Shown: positions 1 to 9,818 of the stretch, piece after piece
How positions within the stretch are numbered: the stretch's first letter is position 1
How the letters are laid out: each line of letters begins with the position of its first letter
Origin: a virus
Taxonomy: Duplodnaviria; Caudoviricetes
IMG/VR virus record: IMGVR_UViG_3300020159_001695
Span: 1-54,884 of that record
Length of the DNA: 54,884 nucleotides
Direction: 5' to 3' (one strand)
Notes under the pieces: generated by a model
What the model was told of the DNA's origin: nothing
Database searches by the model: none
What the model saw: the letters and a program-made list of their open reading frames with translations, nothing else
Program-made: the position numbers and the translations under genes

Positions 1-1125
1 GGAGAACAAATCACTTGTTCTGCTCGTCAATACCTTAGATTGATGGTAAAATTCTTTATGTCAAAAGATTTTCAACCTATCGTTATGGATACGGATGGTG
101 TGGATTTTGCTTTACCTGATAATGTAGATGACTTAGTTTATGTCGGAAAAGGTTTATCTGAGAAAACTAAAAAAGGTTTTGAGTATAAAGGTGTTGATGC
201 CGCTATTGCTGAGTTTAACGATAGATATATGAGAGGTGTAATGGGATTAAGTTTGGATGGTGAATACCAATCTTCAATCAACTTAGCAAGGAAGAACTAT
301 TGTGATTTAAAATGGACAGGTAAAATGAAATTGGTTGGTAATACAATTAAATCTAAAAAGATGCCTGGTTATATTGAAGAGTTTATCGATAAAGGTTTAA
401 TGATGTTATTAAAAGGTGAAGGTGGTGAGTTTGTTGAATATTACTACGAATACCTTTCTAAAATCTTTAATAATCAGATTCCGGCATTAAAGATTGCAGC
501 TAAGAATAAGGTTAAGATTAGTATGGAAGATTATATTTTGAGAGGTAGTAAATTTAATAAGAATGGTAAGGCTCTCCCAAAAATGGTTCATATGGAGTTA
601 GTTGTCGCTAATAATGTTAAAGTAAATCTTGGTGATGTAATCTATACAATCAATAATGGGGCGAAGAAATCACACGGAGATATAGGTAATTCAAGCTTAG
701 TGGATATATCCGCTTTACAGAATAATCAGGGGCATATTGAACCATACAATGTTGCAAGATACGTTAGCATTTTCAATAAAAGGATTGAGCCTTTAATGAT
801 TGTATTTCACCCTGATGTAAGGGATAGAATATTGAAAGACGATCCAACTAAAAGGGAATATTTCACAAATACCGAATTAGAATTAACCAATGGACATCCG
901 TTCGATCCAGAAGATCAAGATACCATTGAAGAATTATTCACGCCGGCGGAAGGTGAAGTTGAGTTTTGGAATAGAAGTTTTAATTATAACCCAAATATGT
1001 TTGGTTTTGATCAATCATATGGTAATGGTATTCCTAAATCGTGGGAGGATGAAACTGATAAAAATACATATGATGAAGATTTTGACGTATTAGAAAACTT
1101 TTGGATACCTGGATATGAGAATTAA
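1..1125 (+). CDS. Family B DNA polymerase, C-terminal part (5' end lies outside the window)
   Basis: Frame 1 is open from base 1: GEQITCSARQYL... followed by motif C-like VMDTDG and an RKNY motif (KKRY-like), then thumb-like sequence. Confidence 0.88.
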   Translation, partial: GEQITCSARQYLRLMVKFFMSKDFQPIVMDTDGVDFALPDNVDDLVYVGKGLSEKTKKGFEYKGVDAAIAEFNDRYMRGVMGLSLDGEYQSSINLARKNYCDLKWTGKMKLVGNTIKSKKMPGYIEEFIDKGLMMLLKGEGGEFVEYYYEYLSKIFNNQIPALKIAAKNKVKISMEDYILRGSKFNKNGKALPKMVHMELVVANNVKVNLGDVIYTINNGAKKSHGDIGNSSLVDISALQNNQGHIEPYNVARYVSIFNKRIEPLMIVFHPDVRDRILKDDPTKREYFTNTELELTNGHPFDPEDQDTIEELFTPAEGEVEFWNRSFNYNPNMFGFDQSYGNGIPKSWEDETDKNTYDEDFDVLENFWIPGYEN

Positions 1126-1603
1126 AGATTATTTAGACATATTAGATAGATTACCACAAACACCACATCACCAAAATAAACTTGAATGTTCTTACTTAGA
1201 TGGTGGTAAATTAGTGAATAGTAATGCAACTACATATAATAAATTAGAATTCGTTCAAACATCGTATAAAGATCGTATGGGTAGGGTTAAATATCGATGG
1301 AAAGTGGGTGAGGAACCTAATATTGATTACAAAGTTGATGATATATATATTAAAACCACAAATGATTTAATATTTACAACTTTAATTGATTTAACCTATA
1401 AATATAACTTTAAAAATTGGACAACTATAACAAGTAATGTGAAATCTTGTTATATTGATTTTGGGTCCAAATCGTGGTCAATATTAGATTCCAAATGTGA
1501 TAAGTTTTATTATGTGGATGATGAAGAAATAATTGAAAAGATATTTATTACGAGTTTAAATGAATATCCGAATGGTATTCCGATTATTTGGGAAGATTTA
1601 TAA
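1115..1603 (+). CDS. Hypothetical protein
   Basis: 162 aa ORF overlapping the polymerase stop and followed by a terminator. Confidence 0.6.
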   Translation: MRIKDYLDILDRLPQTPHHQNKLECSYLDGGKLVNSNATTYNKLEFVQTSYKDRMGRVKYRWKVGEEPNIDYKVDDIYIKTTNDLIFTTLIDLTYKYNFKNWTTITSNVKSCYIDFGSKSWSILDSKCDKFYYVDDEEIIEKIFITSLNEYPNGIPIIWEDL

Positions 1604-1606
1604 AAT

Positions 1607-1630
1607 AAGGAAGATTTTCTTCCTTTTTTT
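1607..1630 (+). terminator. Intrinsic terminator
   Basis: aaggaag/cttcctt hairpin followed by a T run. Confidence 0.7.
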
Positions 1631-1653
1631 GTGCTTCCATATATTTATTTAAT

Positions 1654-2463
1654 ATGAAAATGACTAAAAAACAATTAGAAGAGTTAGTAGATAAAGCCGG
1701 TGCTTTAATAGGTTCTAAATCTATGTCCCCTAAATATGGTGGTGGGCTTGTTGGTTCTTACGACACAACTGATGACCATGTTGAAAAAACGACTCAGGAT
1801 AGATCTTACGAAACACCATATAGAAGATATTTCGGTGAAGATGATTTAAGTAATCACCCATTATTTGAAATATCTAAAAAGGCTAAATCATATTCTCAAT
1901 TTATAGAAATGGCTAAAAAACATAAACCAAAAATGGATGAAAAAGAAGTTGAAGAGGCTGCTACATTATTTGGTTTTAGAAAAGACAAGAAAAGAATTGT
2001 TAAAGAAAAAGAAATGAATGAATCTATACTAAGATTTAGTGATGGTATAAGTGTAAATACGAGTGGTGAATTAAGACCTCTTGAATTACCTGATGGATGG
2101 TATGTTGTAGGTGAAGGGAAACTTATCCCTGTTAAAAATAAAGAAGAAGCGAAATCTTTAATTAAATCAATGACTGAAAAACCTATTAAAGAAAGTGCTA
2201 ATAGTTTATTAGAAAAGATTGTTAAAATTAAAACCAAAGATGATGTATTACCAAAAATGGTTAAAAGTAATAATCATATAGATAAAGCAATATCACATCT
2301 TAAAGGTTCAATGAGTGAAATTGAAAAGTATAAATCCAATCCAAAAGTATCTGGTATATACAATTCATTAGAAAAAACAATTAAATCATTGGAAAGTATT
2401 GTTGATAAGATTGAGGATAAAACTGATTTGATGGATTCAATAAACGAAACGTCTAAAAAATAA
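1654..2463 (+). CDS. Hypothetical protein, probably virion (head)-associated
   Basis: Lys/Glu-rich 269 aa ORF with MKMTKKQLEE start and repeated (I/M/V)-x-E motifs; TATTTAT immediately upstream. Confidence 0.6.
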   Translation: MKMTKKQLEELVDKAGALIGSKSMSPKYGGGLVGSYDTTDDHVEKTTQDRSYETPYRRYFGEDDLSNHPLFEISKKAKSYSQFIEMAKKHKPKMDEKEVEEAATLFGFRKDKKRIVKEKEMNESILRFSDGISVNTSGELRPLELPDGWYVVGEGKLIPVKNKEEAKSLIKSMTEKPIKESANSLLEKIVKIKTKDDVLPKMVKSNNHIDKAISHLKGSMSEIEKYKSNPKVSGIYNSLEKTIKSLESIVDKIEDKTDLMDSINETSKK

Positions 2464-3047
2464 TGGCTAATAATAAATTAGAAGATAAAACATTTGTAAT
2501 ACCTGATCACGTTATTAAGACTGTGAAACCAGGAACTATGCGTTCTGATTTTGTTATTAGAAGAAAAGATGGTTTATCATACTACAATATAAAAAGACTT
2601 AAAAACTTTTATGATAATCATACTGAGAAAGATCCTGATACACATCAAGCGTTAGGTGAAGAACTAAAGAAGTGGGTTGATACCACATTAGGGACACACA
2701 GGGATTCAATGTATAAAGGTAAGAAAGTAAAATCAGATATTGGTATGTTAAACGTATTTAAATCGGCACATACAAAAGATAAGGGTAATGGTAGTAATAA
2801 AATTAGATTACCTAAACCACAAACAAACGCAAGACAAATATTTACAGGTAAGGGATTATATGAAAATGAAGAATATGATATTTTCAGAATGGGTGATGAC
2901 AAAATAGACTCGTTAAGGAATATGTTAGATGAAAGTTTAATTGAAAAGTATTCACTAATCATAGAATCACCTTTATATAATAATGTAGAAGATATTATAT
3001 CAGATATAATATATTACGAGAATAAATCAAAAAAATATAAAAAATAA
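2463..3047 (+). CDS. Hypothetical protein
   Basis: 194 aa ORF, TAATG-coupled to both neighbours. Confidence 0.65.
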   Translation: MANNKLEDKTFVIPDHVIKTVKPGTMRSDFVIRRKDGLSYYNIKRLKNFYDNHTEKDPDTHQALGEELKKWVDTTLGTHRDSMYKGKKVKSDIGMLNVFKSAHTKDKGNGSNKIRLPKPQTNARQIFTGKGLYENEEYDIFRMGDDKIDSLRNMLDESLIEKYSLIIESPLYNNVEDIISDIIYYENKSKKYKK

Positions 3048-3310
3048 TGGAAAGAGCACAAGATCAATTGACAAAGATTGCGGAAGCACAAAGAAATGCT
3101 TTATTAGCTAAAAATGATTACAACACATCTAAAGAATATTCAGCGGTAAATAAAGATGCGTTATCTGATGGGGATGAAAAAGGTAAGGGTGAATTAAATG
3201 GAGCTATCGGTTCTGCAACTGATAGAGCTGAAAAAACTAAATTGGTTGTTAAAAACACATTTACACCAGATAGTCAATATCAAAAATTCGATGTTCCTGT
3301 AAGTTACTAA
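3047..3310 (+). CDS. Hypothetical protein
   Basis: 87 aa ORF, TAATG-coupled. Confidence 0.65.
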   Translation: MERAQDQLTKIAEAQRNALLAKNDYNTSKEYSAVNKDALSDGDEKGKGELNGAIGSATDRAEKTKLVVKNTFTPDSQYQKFDVPVSY

Positions 3311-3678
3311 TGAAATTATTTGAAACATTTCAAGAAATACTATTAGAACGTGCTGATAGAAATAAACTAATGGCGGCTATTAGTAATAAAAACGTATGTA
3401 GAATCTACTATGAAGGGGATACTACTGTCGTTAAAGGATTAAGAGTCATTGAACCTGTATGTTTGGGGGAATCCAAAAGAAATAATTTGGTTGTTAGAGC
3501 TTGGCAAAGAGTGGGTGTATCCGATACACCTGATAATATACCAGGTTGGAGGATGTTTAGATTAGATAGGATTAAAACATTCGTTCCGTTAGAAGAAACA
3601 TTTAACGAACCAAAACCAAATTTCAACCCAAATGGAGACAAGGACATGATTAAAATCTACGAAATAGCTTCATTTTAA
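3310..3678 (+). CDS. WYL-domain (Sm/SH3-like) protein
   Basis: IYYEGD...R.IEPVCLG...VRAWQ...GWRMFRLDRI matches the WYL pattern. Confidence 0.8.
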   Translation: MKLFETFQEILLERADRNKLMAAISNKNVCRIYYEGDTTVVKGLRVIEPVCLGESKRNNLVVRAWQRVGVSDTPDNIPGWRMFRLDRIKTFVPLEETFNEPKPNFNPNGDKDMIKIYEIASF

Positions 3679-3703
3679 TAAAATATATAATATAATTAAA
3701 CAT

Positions 3704-4351
3704 ATGGGAATGTCACCGGAAGATTTGATGGAAAAACTTAAAGCATCAAAACAATTAATAAGAGAAACAGAGGGACTTAGATCTGTCAATGGGCAGTTAA
3801 TTAAAGAAAAACCTAAATCTAAGCCAAGAAAACAAGTGGTTGAAGAAGATTTCGATCCAACACCATTTAGAGTTGATAACGGTGGTGCTGATGATGAGTA
3901 TATGCCAGAAATACCTTATAAAACAGCAAATTATCAATCAAAACCGACATCTGCTGCAATAACATCAGGTAAATTAACCGAACAACAAAGATTAAAAAAT
4001 CTTGAGAAATTACCTGAATCAATTAGAAAGGCTATGGTTGAAACACCGATACCACAAGTTCAAGGGGTGTCGATATTTGACGATTCATTTATTAATGAAA
4101 TTGCGAATGATGGTGAAGATAATTTAATTGAAGAACAAGAAGTTATTACCACAAAAAATATTAAGCCAAAAACTCAAAAAATTGTTTCAGAGGGCTTTGA
4201 TTATTCAAAAATTATTTCTATAATTGAAGAAGTGGTGGATAGAAAAATTAAAGATTATTACGACACTAAGTTGGTTTCTGAAAATGTCCAAGTGAGGGTA
4301 GGTAATACAGTATTTAGTGGAAACTTAAAACCACTACCAAAGAAAAAATAA
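3704..4351 (+). CDS. Hypothetical protein
   Basis: 215 aa ORF in the same gene run. Confidence 0.65.
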   Translation: MGMSPEDLMEKLKASKQLIRETEGLRSVNGQLIKEKPKSKPRKQVVEEDFDPTPFRVDNGGADDEYMPEIPYKTANYQSKPTSAAITSGKLTEQQRLKNLEKLPESIRKAMVETPIPQVQGVSIFDDSFINEIANDGEDNLIEEQEVITTKNIKPKTQKIVSEGFDYSKIISIIEEVVDRKIKDYYDTKLVSENVQVRVGNTVFSGNLKPLPKKK

Positions 4352-4370
4352 TTTAAAAACAAAAAAACAT

Positions 4371-4571
4371 ATGAGAAAATTAGTATTAAGTGTAGCAGTA
4401 ATTTCGGCGATGGTATTCGCTTCATGCTCAAATCAATCAAACACGGCTGCAACAACAGCAGATTCAACAATTACAGAAGTTGTTGATTCATTTGAAATGT
4501 CTTTAGATTCTATGGAAATAGTTCCTATGGAAAATCCAAGTGATTCAATCACAACTGATTTAGTTCAATAA
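4371..4571 (+). CDS. Small lipoprotein
   Basis: MRK, hydrophobic stretch, lipobox-like FASC, then an acidic Ser/Thr-rich tail. Confidence 0.7.
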   Translation: MRKLVLSVAVISAMVFASCSNQSNTAATTADSTITEVVDSFEMSLDSMEIVPMENPSDSITTDLVQ

Positions 4572-4591
4572 AGTAAATTAAATATTATTTT

Positions 4592-4777
4592 ATGAAAATT
4601 GAATTTTGTAAAGAAAAATGCTGTCCCGTAATAGAATATTCAGAAACTTCTGATGTCATATTACTTGGTGACGCTAATGGACCTGAAGGTATAACAACTT
4701 GGTCTAAAGAACAATTTGCCGATTTTTTAAATGCGGCGAAAGAAGGTAAGTTTGATGAAATCATCAAGGTAAAATAA
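4592..4777 (+). CDS. Small protein, DUF397-like
   Basis: C..CC.V.......V.LGD...P......WS.EQFADFL.AAKEGKF resembles the DUF397 consensus. Confidence 0.5.
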   Translation: MKIEFCKEKCCPVIEYSETSDVILLGDANGPEGITTWSKEQFADFLNAAKEGKFDEIIKVK

Positions 4778-4792
4778 TTACCCTCTATCTAT

Positions 4793-4999
4793 ATGAAAAA
4801 AGATTTTATAGAAAAAATACATTACTATTTAGAAAATGGTAAAGTGGTTTTTACTGAACAATACCATATAGATAGGGGATTTTGCTGTTCTAATAGGTGC
4901 CGTCATTGCCCATATGAACCAAGACATATAAAAGAAAATAAAAAATTAAAAAATGCCACCAATAATACCAGCACCATTAACAGCACTATCAACACTTAG
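4793..4999 (+). CDS. Small Cys-rich protein, DUF5522-like
   Basis: VFTEQYHIDRGFCCSNRCRHCPY motif. Confidence 0.75.
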   Translation: MKKDFIEKIHYYLENGKVVFTEQYHIDRGFCCSNRCRHCPYEPRHIKENKKLKNATNNTSTINSTINT

Positions 5000-5288
5000 A
5001 CAAGGTATAAGTGAAACAAGATGTTTGCTAAGAGTATTAGAGGCTTACAATAAATTAGGTATCCCAACAGGTGATTTACCGAACGGTAATGTAAATCCGG
5101 TTCTTTTATTGGAGAAAGAAAGAATTAAAGCTGTTTTTGATGAATTGAGGGAAAATCTAAAAGTTGAAGTTACTAATGATTTACCTATAGCCATACCTGT
5201 AACAGTTGCAACACCAGCTGGTCCTGGTGCAGGTGTCGCCACTATTTTAGTGCCAGGTACTTTTAGTTTAACAGGGGTTATTTTATAA
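4953..5288 (+). CDS. Hypothetical protein
   Basis: 111 aa ORF ending in a V/P/G-rich beta-like segment, just upstream of the spike gene region. Confidence 0.55.
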   Translation: MPPIIPAPLTALSTLRQGISETRCLLRVLEAYNKLGIPTGDLPNGNVNPVLLLEKERIKAVFDELRENLKVEVTNDLPIAIPVTVATPAGPGAGVATILVPGTFSLTGVIL

Positions 5289-5290
5289 TT

Positions 5291-5434
5291 ATGGAAAATA
5301 AATCAAATAAAGAATTATTGGTTAGATTACAATCAATAATAAATGACTTCAACATAGGTAAAGAAGTCCTATCACAACTACAAGAAGAATACGATCTAAT
5401 CATAGAAGAACTAAAAAAGAGGTTAGACAAATAA
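5291..5434 (+). CDS. Small coiled-coil protein (47 aa, not in the ORF track)
   Basis: MENKSNKELLVRLQSIINDFNIGKEVLSQLQEEYDLIIEELKKRLDK; fills the gap on the coding strand. Confidence 0.6.
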   Translation: MENKSNKELLVRLQSIINDFNIGKEVLSQLQEEYDLIIEELKKRLDK

Positions 5435-5469
5435 TTTAGTTTAATTCTATTATACTTATATTTATTTTT

Positions 5470-6873
5470 ATGAGTATAGAAAGTAGAAGTATAAGTACCG
5501 GTAAAAATAATCAAAACATAGTATTTGGTACTGTTATAGACAATAAAGACCCTGAAAATGCTGGTAGGATTAGGGTTCTTTTAGATAACAATAAATATAA
5601 GGTAGAAAATTTTGTAGCTTGGCAAAAAGGTAGTACAGTCAATAATACTGTAACTGATCCTTATATTTGTAATCCATTTCTACCTAAACTTATTAACGTA
5701 GTTCCAAAAGTAGGTGAATTAGTTAAAGTTATATTTTATAACCCAGATTATCCTGAATTGGATAAAGAATATGTTGGACCCGTTATTTCTCAGTTCAACA
5801 GCATTGAATATGAAAATGCGACACAAGGTAGAGTATTCACACAATCACAAAAAACAAATCTATTACCCAATTTAGGAAACTTTGAATATTCTAAAGGGTT
5901 ATTACCCGATATCAATAATATTACAATTTTAGGTAGAAAAAGTACTGATTTAACTGTTAAACCAAATGATGTTTTAATTCGTTCAGGTAAAGTTGATTTA
6001 AAGGATAATAAGAAATTTAATAAAAAGGGTTCGTTATTCCAAATATCATCTAACCCTGTTAAATTAGATAGAAAAACCACACCTGTCACAGTAAATAAAA
6101 GAATACCCGAACCAATCAATAATGTTGTTATATATAACTTAAATTCAGATAATTCAGGTTATGTAAATGTTTATAAACTAACAACCCCTAAAAATACGAG
6201 TAATATAAATATAAACACGAATTTAACTAATCTAATATCCACACCAGCAATTACCTATACGTTTTCAGCTAACACACAAACAATAGGTATTAGTTATATT
6301 AATCAATTCCTTAGTTTTTTAGATAACAATCAAATTAAAAACCAAGATACGGATAGTGGTATAATCACAATAAATCAACCGGTGGTTGGTGTTCCTTATT
6401 TATTAAAACCGGAAAGTTTATTACCTATATATAGCACAGTTAAAGTATTCAATGTAACCCAACAAGGATTTAGAACAATTAAACCGATTGAAAATCAATT
6501 AGTGGATACCTTACAAGAAAATATAAATACTTCAGTTGATTATCAAAATTATATGGTGGCTTTAAGTGATATGTTATATTTTTTATCAAATGAAACATCA
6601 ATACCTGAAAAAGGATTTATTAATTTTGATGGTATAAATAATGGTTTTACTGTTGATAAAGTAACCAGAGAAATAAATGATAAAACAGATCCAATGGTTA
6701 GGGGCGATCAATTAGTTAAGGCTTTAGTTATTATAATAAATGCCTTCTTAAATCACGTTCATAGTGGTTTTGGTTTTATGAGTGTAAATCAAACTGATGA
6801 AATACAAAAATTAACTAAGTTAAGATCCGAACTTAATGGTTTAATATTAAACCATAAAATAAGAATAAATTAA
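5470..6873 (+). CDS. Baseplate central spike protein (gp5/VgrG-like OB-fold)
   Basis: N-terminal FGTVIDNKDPENAGRIRV and VVPKVGELVKVIF; C-terminal PMVRGD...NHVH (HxH) as in phage spike tips. Confidence 0.8.
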   Translation: MSIESRSISTGKNNQNIVFGTVIDNKDPENAGRIRVLLDNNKYKVENFVAWQKGSTVNNTVTDPYICNPFLPKLINVVPKVGELVKVIFYNPDYPELDKEYVGPVISQFNSIEYENATQGRVFTQSQKTNLLPNLGNFEYSKGLLPDINNITILGRKSTDLTVKPNDVLIRSGKVDLKDNKKFNKKGSLFQISSNPVKLDRKTTPVTVNKRIPEPINNVVIYNLNSDNSGYVNVYKLTTPKNTSNININTNLTNLISTPAITYTFSANTQTIGISYINQFLSFLDNNQIKNQDTDSGIITINQPVVGVPYLLKPESLLPIYSTVKVFNVTQQGFRTIKPIENQLVDTLQENINTSVDYQNYMVALSDMLYFLSNETSIPEKGFINFDGINNGFTVDKVTREINDKTDPMVRGDQLVKALVIIINAFLNHVHSGFGFMSVNQTDEIQKLTKLRSELNGLILNHKIRIN

Positions 6874-6894
6874 AAAAACACCTATTTATATTGT

Positions 6895-7263
6895 ATGGAA
6901 GATAAATTATTAAAAACTTTTATGACAATGAGTGAGCAATTTAGAGTTCTACATTGGCAAACTGAATCATACGCTCAACATAATGCTTACGGTAAAATAT
7001 ACGAATCAATATCTGATTTAGCTGATAAGTTTATGGAAGAATATATGGGTAAATATGGTAGATGTTATTTTGATGGTGGATATGGAACTATCAGAGTGTA
7101 TAATATTAATGATATGGACATTCAAAAGTTCGTTATGCATCATATAGATATATTCAATGAATTAGATGAAAAGTTAGATGATGACGATACTAATTTATTC
7201 AATATAAGAGATGAAATTGTTGGTGAGTTAAACCAATTAAAATATTTACTTACACTAAAATAA
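6895..7263 (+). CDS. Dps/ferritin-like protein (DUF5856-like)
   Basis: LHWQTESYAQH...Y....D.ADKFMEEYMG...NIRDEI......KYLLTL four-helix pattern. Confidence 0.75.
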   Translation: MEDKLLKTFMTMSEQFRVLHWQTESYAQHNAYGKIYESISDLADKFMEEYMGKYGRCYFDGGYGTIRVYNINDMDIQKFVMHHIDIFNELDEKLDDDDTNLFNIRDEIVGELNQLKYLLTLK

Positions 7264-7289
7264 TACTATAATACGATTAAGATTTTTAT

Positions 7290-7348
7290 TCTATTAGTCC
7301 GAGCTATTTTAGCTTTTGAGTGTTTAAGGACACAAATGGGTTGGTAGA
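7290..7348 (+). ncRNA. Candidate structured 5'-leader RNA (three-way junction)
   Basis: 11-bp closing stem 7290-7300/7338-7348 with four G-U pairs, enclosing hairpins 7301-7315 and 7320-7333. Confidence 0.45.
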
Positions 7349-7381
7349 TGTAATATAAATTATAATTAAAAATTAAAAACA

Positions 7382-8179
7382 ATGTATCAAGCAATCAACA
7401 ATGCTGCGCCTGAAGCTTACGTCACAAGAAAAAAATCAAGGGCAAAAATCTATCACTACAATAATCTCTTCTTCAATGATGAAGAAACATTTGAGATTGA
7501 ATTATTTAATCCGAAAACAAATCGTGTATTAGCCAAAATATGGTTAAATGGACAAGAAATATCTGGTTCAGGTATTATCGTAAATCCAGGTCAAAGAATT
7601 TTCTTAGAAAGATTTATTGATTCCAATAATAAGTTTGTATATAAAACATACGATATTGAAAACAATACACAATCATTAGAAGCGATTAGGAGTAATGGTG
7701 ATATTGAAATTAAATTCTATAACGAATATTTTAACACTAACACTTTTAACGATTTCCCTATATTTAAACCTACTATATGGTATGGGACAACAACCCCATC
7801 CACTAATATAGGTAGTACCACTAATATAGGTAGTACCACCACTGGTGGCTATTATGGTGGTAATATTACATACACGTCAAATAACGTAGGGTTTACATCG
7901 AATTCAAATACATCATACACATCAAATGTGGCTGGATCATTATCTCAGGCTAAATCAATTGAAACAGGTAGGATTGAAAAAGGTGAATCAAGTAGTCAAT
8001 CATTTGAAACATCTTATGGTAGTTTTAACGCTTTTTCAGCAAAAGAAGTGAAATATAAAATACTTCCAATGTCATCTAAACCAATTGAGGGTAAAGATTT
8101 AAAAAAATATTGTACCGAATGTGGTAAGGGTTTGAAAGATACCTTTAAATTTTGTCCGAGTTGCGGAACTAAGGTGTAA
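7382..8179 (+). CDS. Hypothetical protein with C-terminal zinc ribbon
   Basis: C-terminal YCTECG...FCPSCG; central low-complexity S/T/N/G segment with an 18-bp tandem duplication (about 7800-7835). Confidence 0.8.
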   Translation: MYQAINNAAPEAYVTRKKSRAKIYHYNNLFFNDEETFEIELFNPKTNRVLAKIWLNGQEISGSGIIVNPGQRIFLERFIDSNNKFVYKTYDIENNTQSLEAIRSNGDIEIKFYNEYFNTNTFNDFPIFKPTIWYGTTTPSTNIGSTTNIGSTTTGGYYGGNITYTSNNVGFTSNSNTSYTSNVAGSLSQAKSIETGRIEKGESSSQSFETSYGSFNAFSAKEVKYKILPMSSKPIEGKDLKKYCTECGKGLKDTFKFCPSCGTKV

Positions 8180-8213
8180 GTCAAAAAACTAATTTGGATT
8201 CGCCAGAACAAAG

Positions 8214-8239
8214 AAAAACCCCTATTAAGGGGTTTTTTT
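8214..8239. terminator. Bidirectional intrinsic terminator
   Basis: aaaaacccct-atta-aggggttttt between convergent genes. Confidence 0.8.
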
Positions 8240-8831
8240 ATTTAAAATACTTTAAGATTTTTTCCTTTATACCTGATTGTTTTATTCCTTCATTAGATTT
8301 TCGTGTATGAACAAAATTAGTTAAACCATTTTCGTTAAATATATTACCTGAAATAGGTTCATATATACCAAGATTTAAGTCATCAACAGCAACCCAATTA
8401 GATACTTCCGGATGTTGTTCTAACCAATACTTAATTTCAATAACCCTTTCTTGTTCTAACATAGCGTAGTTATTAAATGTTGCCCACCATTTAGGATCAA
8501 TATCTTTAGTGAATGGAGTGATACCAATAGGAGTTTTTATAATACCTTGTGATAAATAATACTCACCCAACTCTTCTAATGTAGCGTGATATCTCCAATC
8601 AGATGACACCACAATTTCAGCACCTGTCTCCACCAATATTTCATTTAATATTTTAACCGCCTTTTTATCAAAATCGTCAAATCTAACCCCAACCGGAGCA
8701 TCACTAAGAAATTTAGAAGATTCCGGATTACTTGAACGATATTTAGACCATTTCTTTTGCCTACCACCCCAATTACTGGATAGACATATTACACCATCAT
8801 TATCCAAAAATAAAATTGATTTTTTTTCCAT
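8238..8831 (-). CDS. HAD phosphatase of the Swiss-Army-Knife RNA-repair type (HAD_SAK_2-like)
   Basis: FLDNDGV (DxDG), IVVSSDWR, R..EI..WL, WVAVDD motifs. Confidence 0.82.
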   Translation of the reverse strand: MEKKSILFLDNDGVICLSSNWGGRQKKWSKYRSSNPESSKFLSDAPVGVRFDDFDKKAVKILNEILVETGAEIVVSSDWRYHATLEELGEYYLSQGIIKTPIGITPFTKDIDPKWWATFNNYAMLEQERVIEIKYWLEQHPEVSNWVAVDDLNLGIYEPISGNIFNENGLTNFVHTRKSNEGIKQSGIKEKILKYFK

Positions 8832-9146
8832 TTACGTTGTTTTCTTTTTACGACCTCTCGTTGATTTTACTTTATTAGTTGTTGTTAAATCTCTACCATC
8901 ATATAATTTAACTTGATCCAAAAAATAACAATATTTAGATACCCCTGACATTCCGATAACACATTCCACACCACCTGTTTTAAACCCTGGAGTTCCTTCA
9001 GAATGAACTTTATATATTATAAATAATTCTTTTTTACCCGCCACCATAACGGTTTTACCAATATCAGATACTTTTATTTCATCAGGGTTTTCAAATGCTA
9101 AGTAAGATAAGCCACTTTTTGTTTGTTTTGTTATTGTTTTTTCCAT
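8832..9146 (-). CDS. Hypothetical protein
   Basis: ATG at 9146 preferred because a Bacteroidota-type promoter covers 9150-9180. Confidence 0.6.
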   Translation of the reverse strand: MEKTITKQTKSGLSYLAFENPDEIKVSDIGKTVMVAGKKELFIIYKVHSEGTPGFKTGGVECVIGMSGVSKYCYFLDQVKLYDGRDLTTTNKVKSTRGRKKKTT

Positions 9147-9149
9147 ACA

Positions 9150-9180
9150 CAAATATAATACTTTTTCTTACAATTACAAA
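9150..9180 (-). promoter_or_regulatory. Bacteroidota-type primary sigma promoter (-33/-7)
   Basis: TTTG (9180-9177), 19-nt spacer, TATATTTG (9157-9150). Confidence 0.7.
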
Positions 9181-9270
9181 ACAAAAATAAAAAAAATTAA
9201 GGTATGGTAGGTATATTATTTATTTTAACCATTATTTCGTTTATATTTCTACATATAAGATTTAAAAATA

Positions 9271-9486
9271 ATGGAAAATATAGGAAATGGTAAAATTGTC
9301 AGCGTTCCAAAGGCGGTATTGGAACAACCTGATTATCAATGTGAATGTGGGAGCACCACATTTAAAGAGCTTTTAAAGGTTAAAAAAATATCCGCATTGC
9401 TATCCCCTACTGGTAGGGAGGCTTTAATACCTTACGAGGTGTTAGTATGTAATAAATGTGAAAAAGAAATTGATTTAAAACTATGA
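9271..9486 (+). CDS. Small zinc-finger protein
   Basis: CECG...CNKC pairs flanking KISALLSPTG.E. Confidence 0.7.
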   Translation: MENIGNGKIVSVPKAVLEQPDYQCECGSTTFKELLKVKKISALLSPTGREALIPYEVLVCNKCEKEIDLKL

Positions 9487-9818
9487 TAATTAACTTAGAG
9501 GGTATAAATAAGTTTGATTTAAACCAAGAAAAACTTAGTATGATTTGTTTCACCGCTAAATGGTGTGGTCCTTGTAATCATATGAAACCAACAATTGAAG
9601 AAATATCGGAAGAATATAAAGATTCGGTTGATGTTTATAATGTTGATGTTGATGTTAATAAAGAATTTGTGGATTCAACATTCCGTATTCCTATTGTTCC
9701 AGCATTTTACTTTGTAAAGAATGAAATATTAATGATGAATAAGGAAGGTTCTTTAGTGAAAGAACAAATAATTGAAATTATAAAAGAAATTGAAAATAAT
9801 GAAAGTAATACAAAATAA
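9483..9818 (+). CDS. trxA: Thioredoxin
   Basis: FTAKWCGPC active site, VDVD, cis-Pro loop IVPAF. Confidence 0.9.
   Translation: MIINLEGINKFDLNQEKLSMICFTAKWCGPCNHMKPTIEEISEEYKDSVDVYNVDVDVNKEFVDSTFRIPIVPAFYFVKNEILMMNKEGSLVKEQIIEIIKEIENNESNTK

Noticed and set aside
5278-5514. Minus-strand 78-aa ORF
   Set aside because: It overlaps two plus-strand genes; the plus-strand 47-aa ORF at 5291-5434 fits the operon better.
7290-7348. Hammerhead ribozyme
   Set aside because: A three-way junction is present, but the CUGAnGA and GAAA core sequences are absent.
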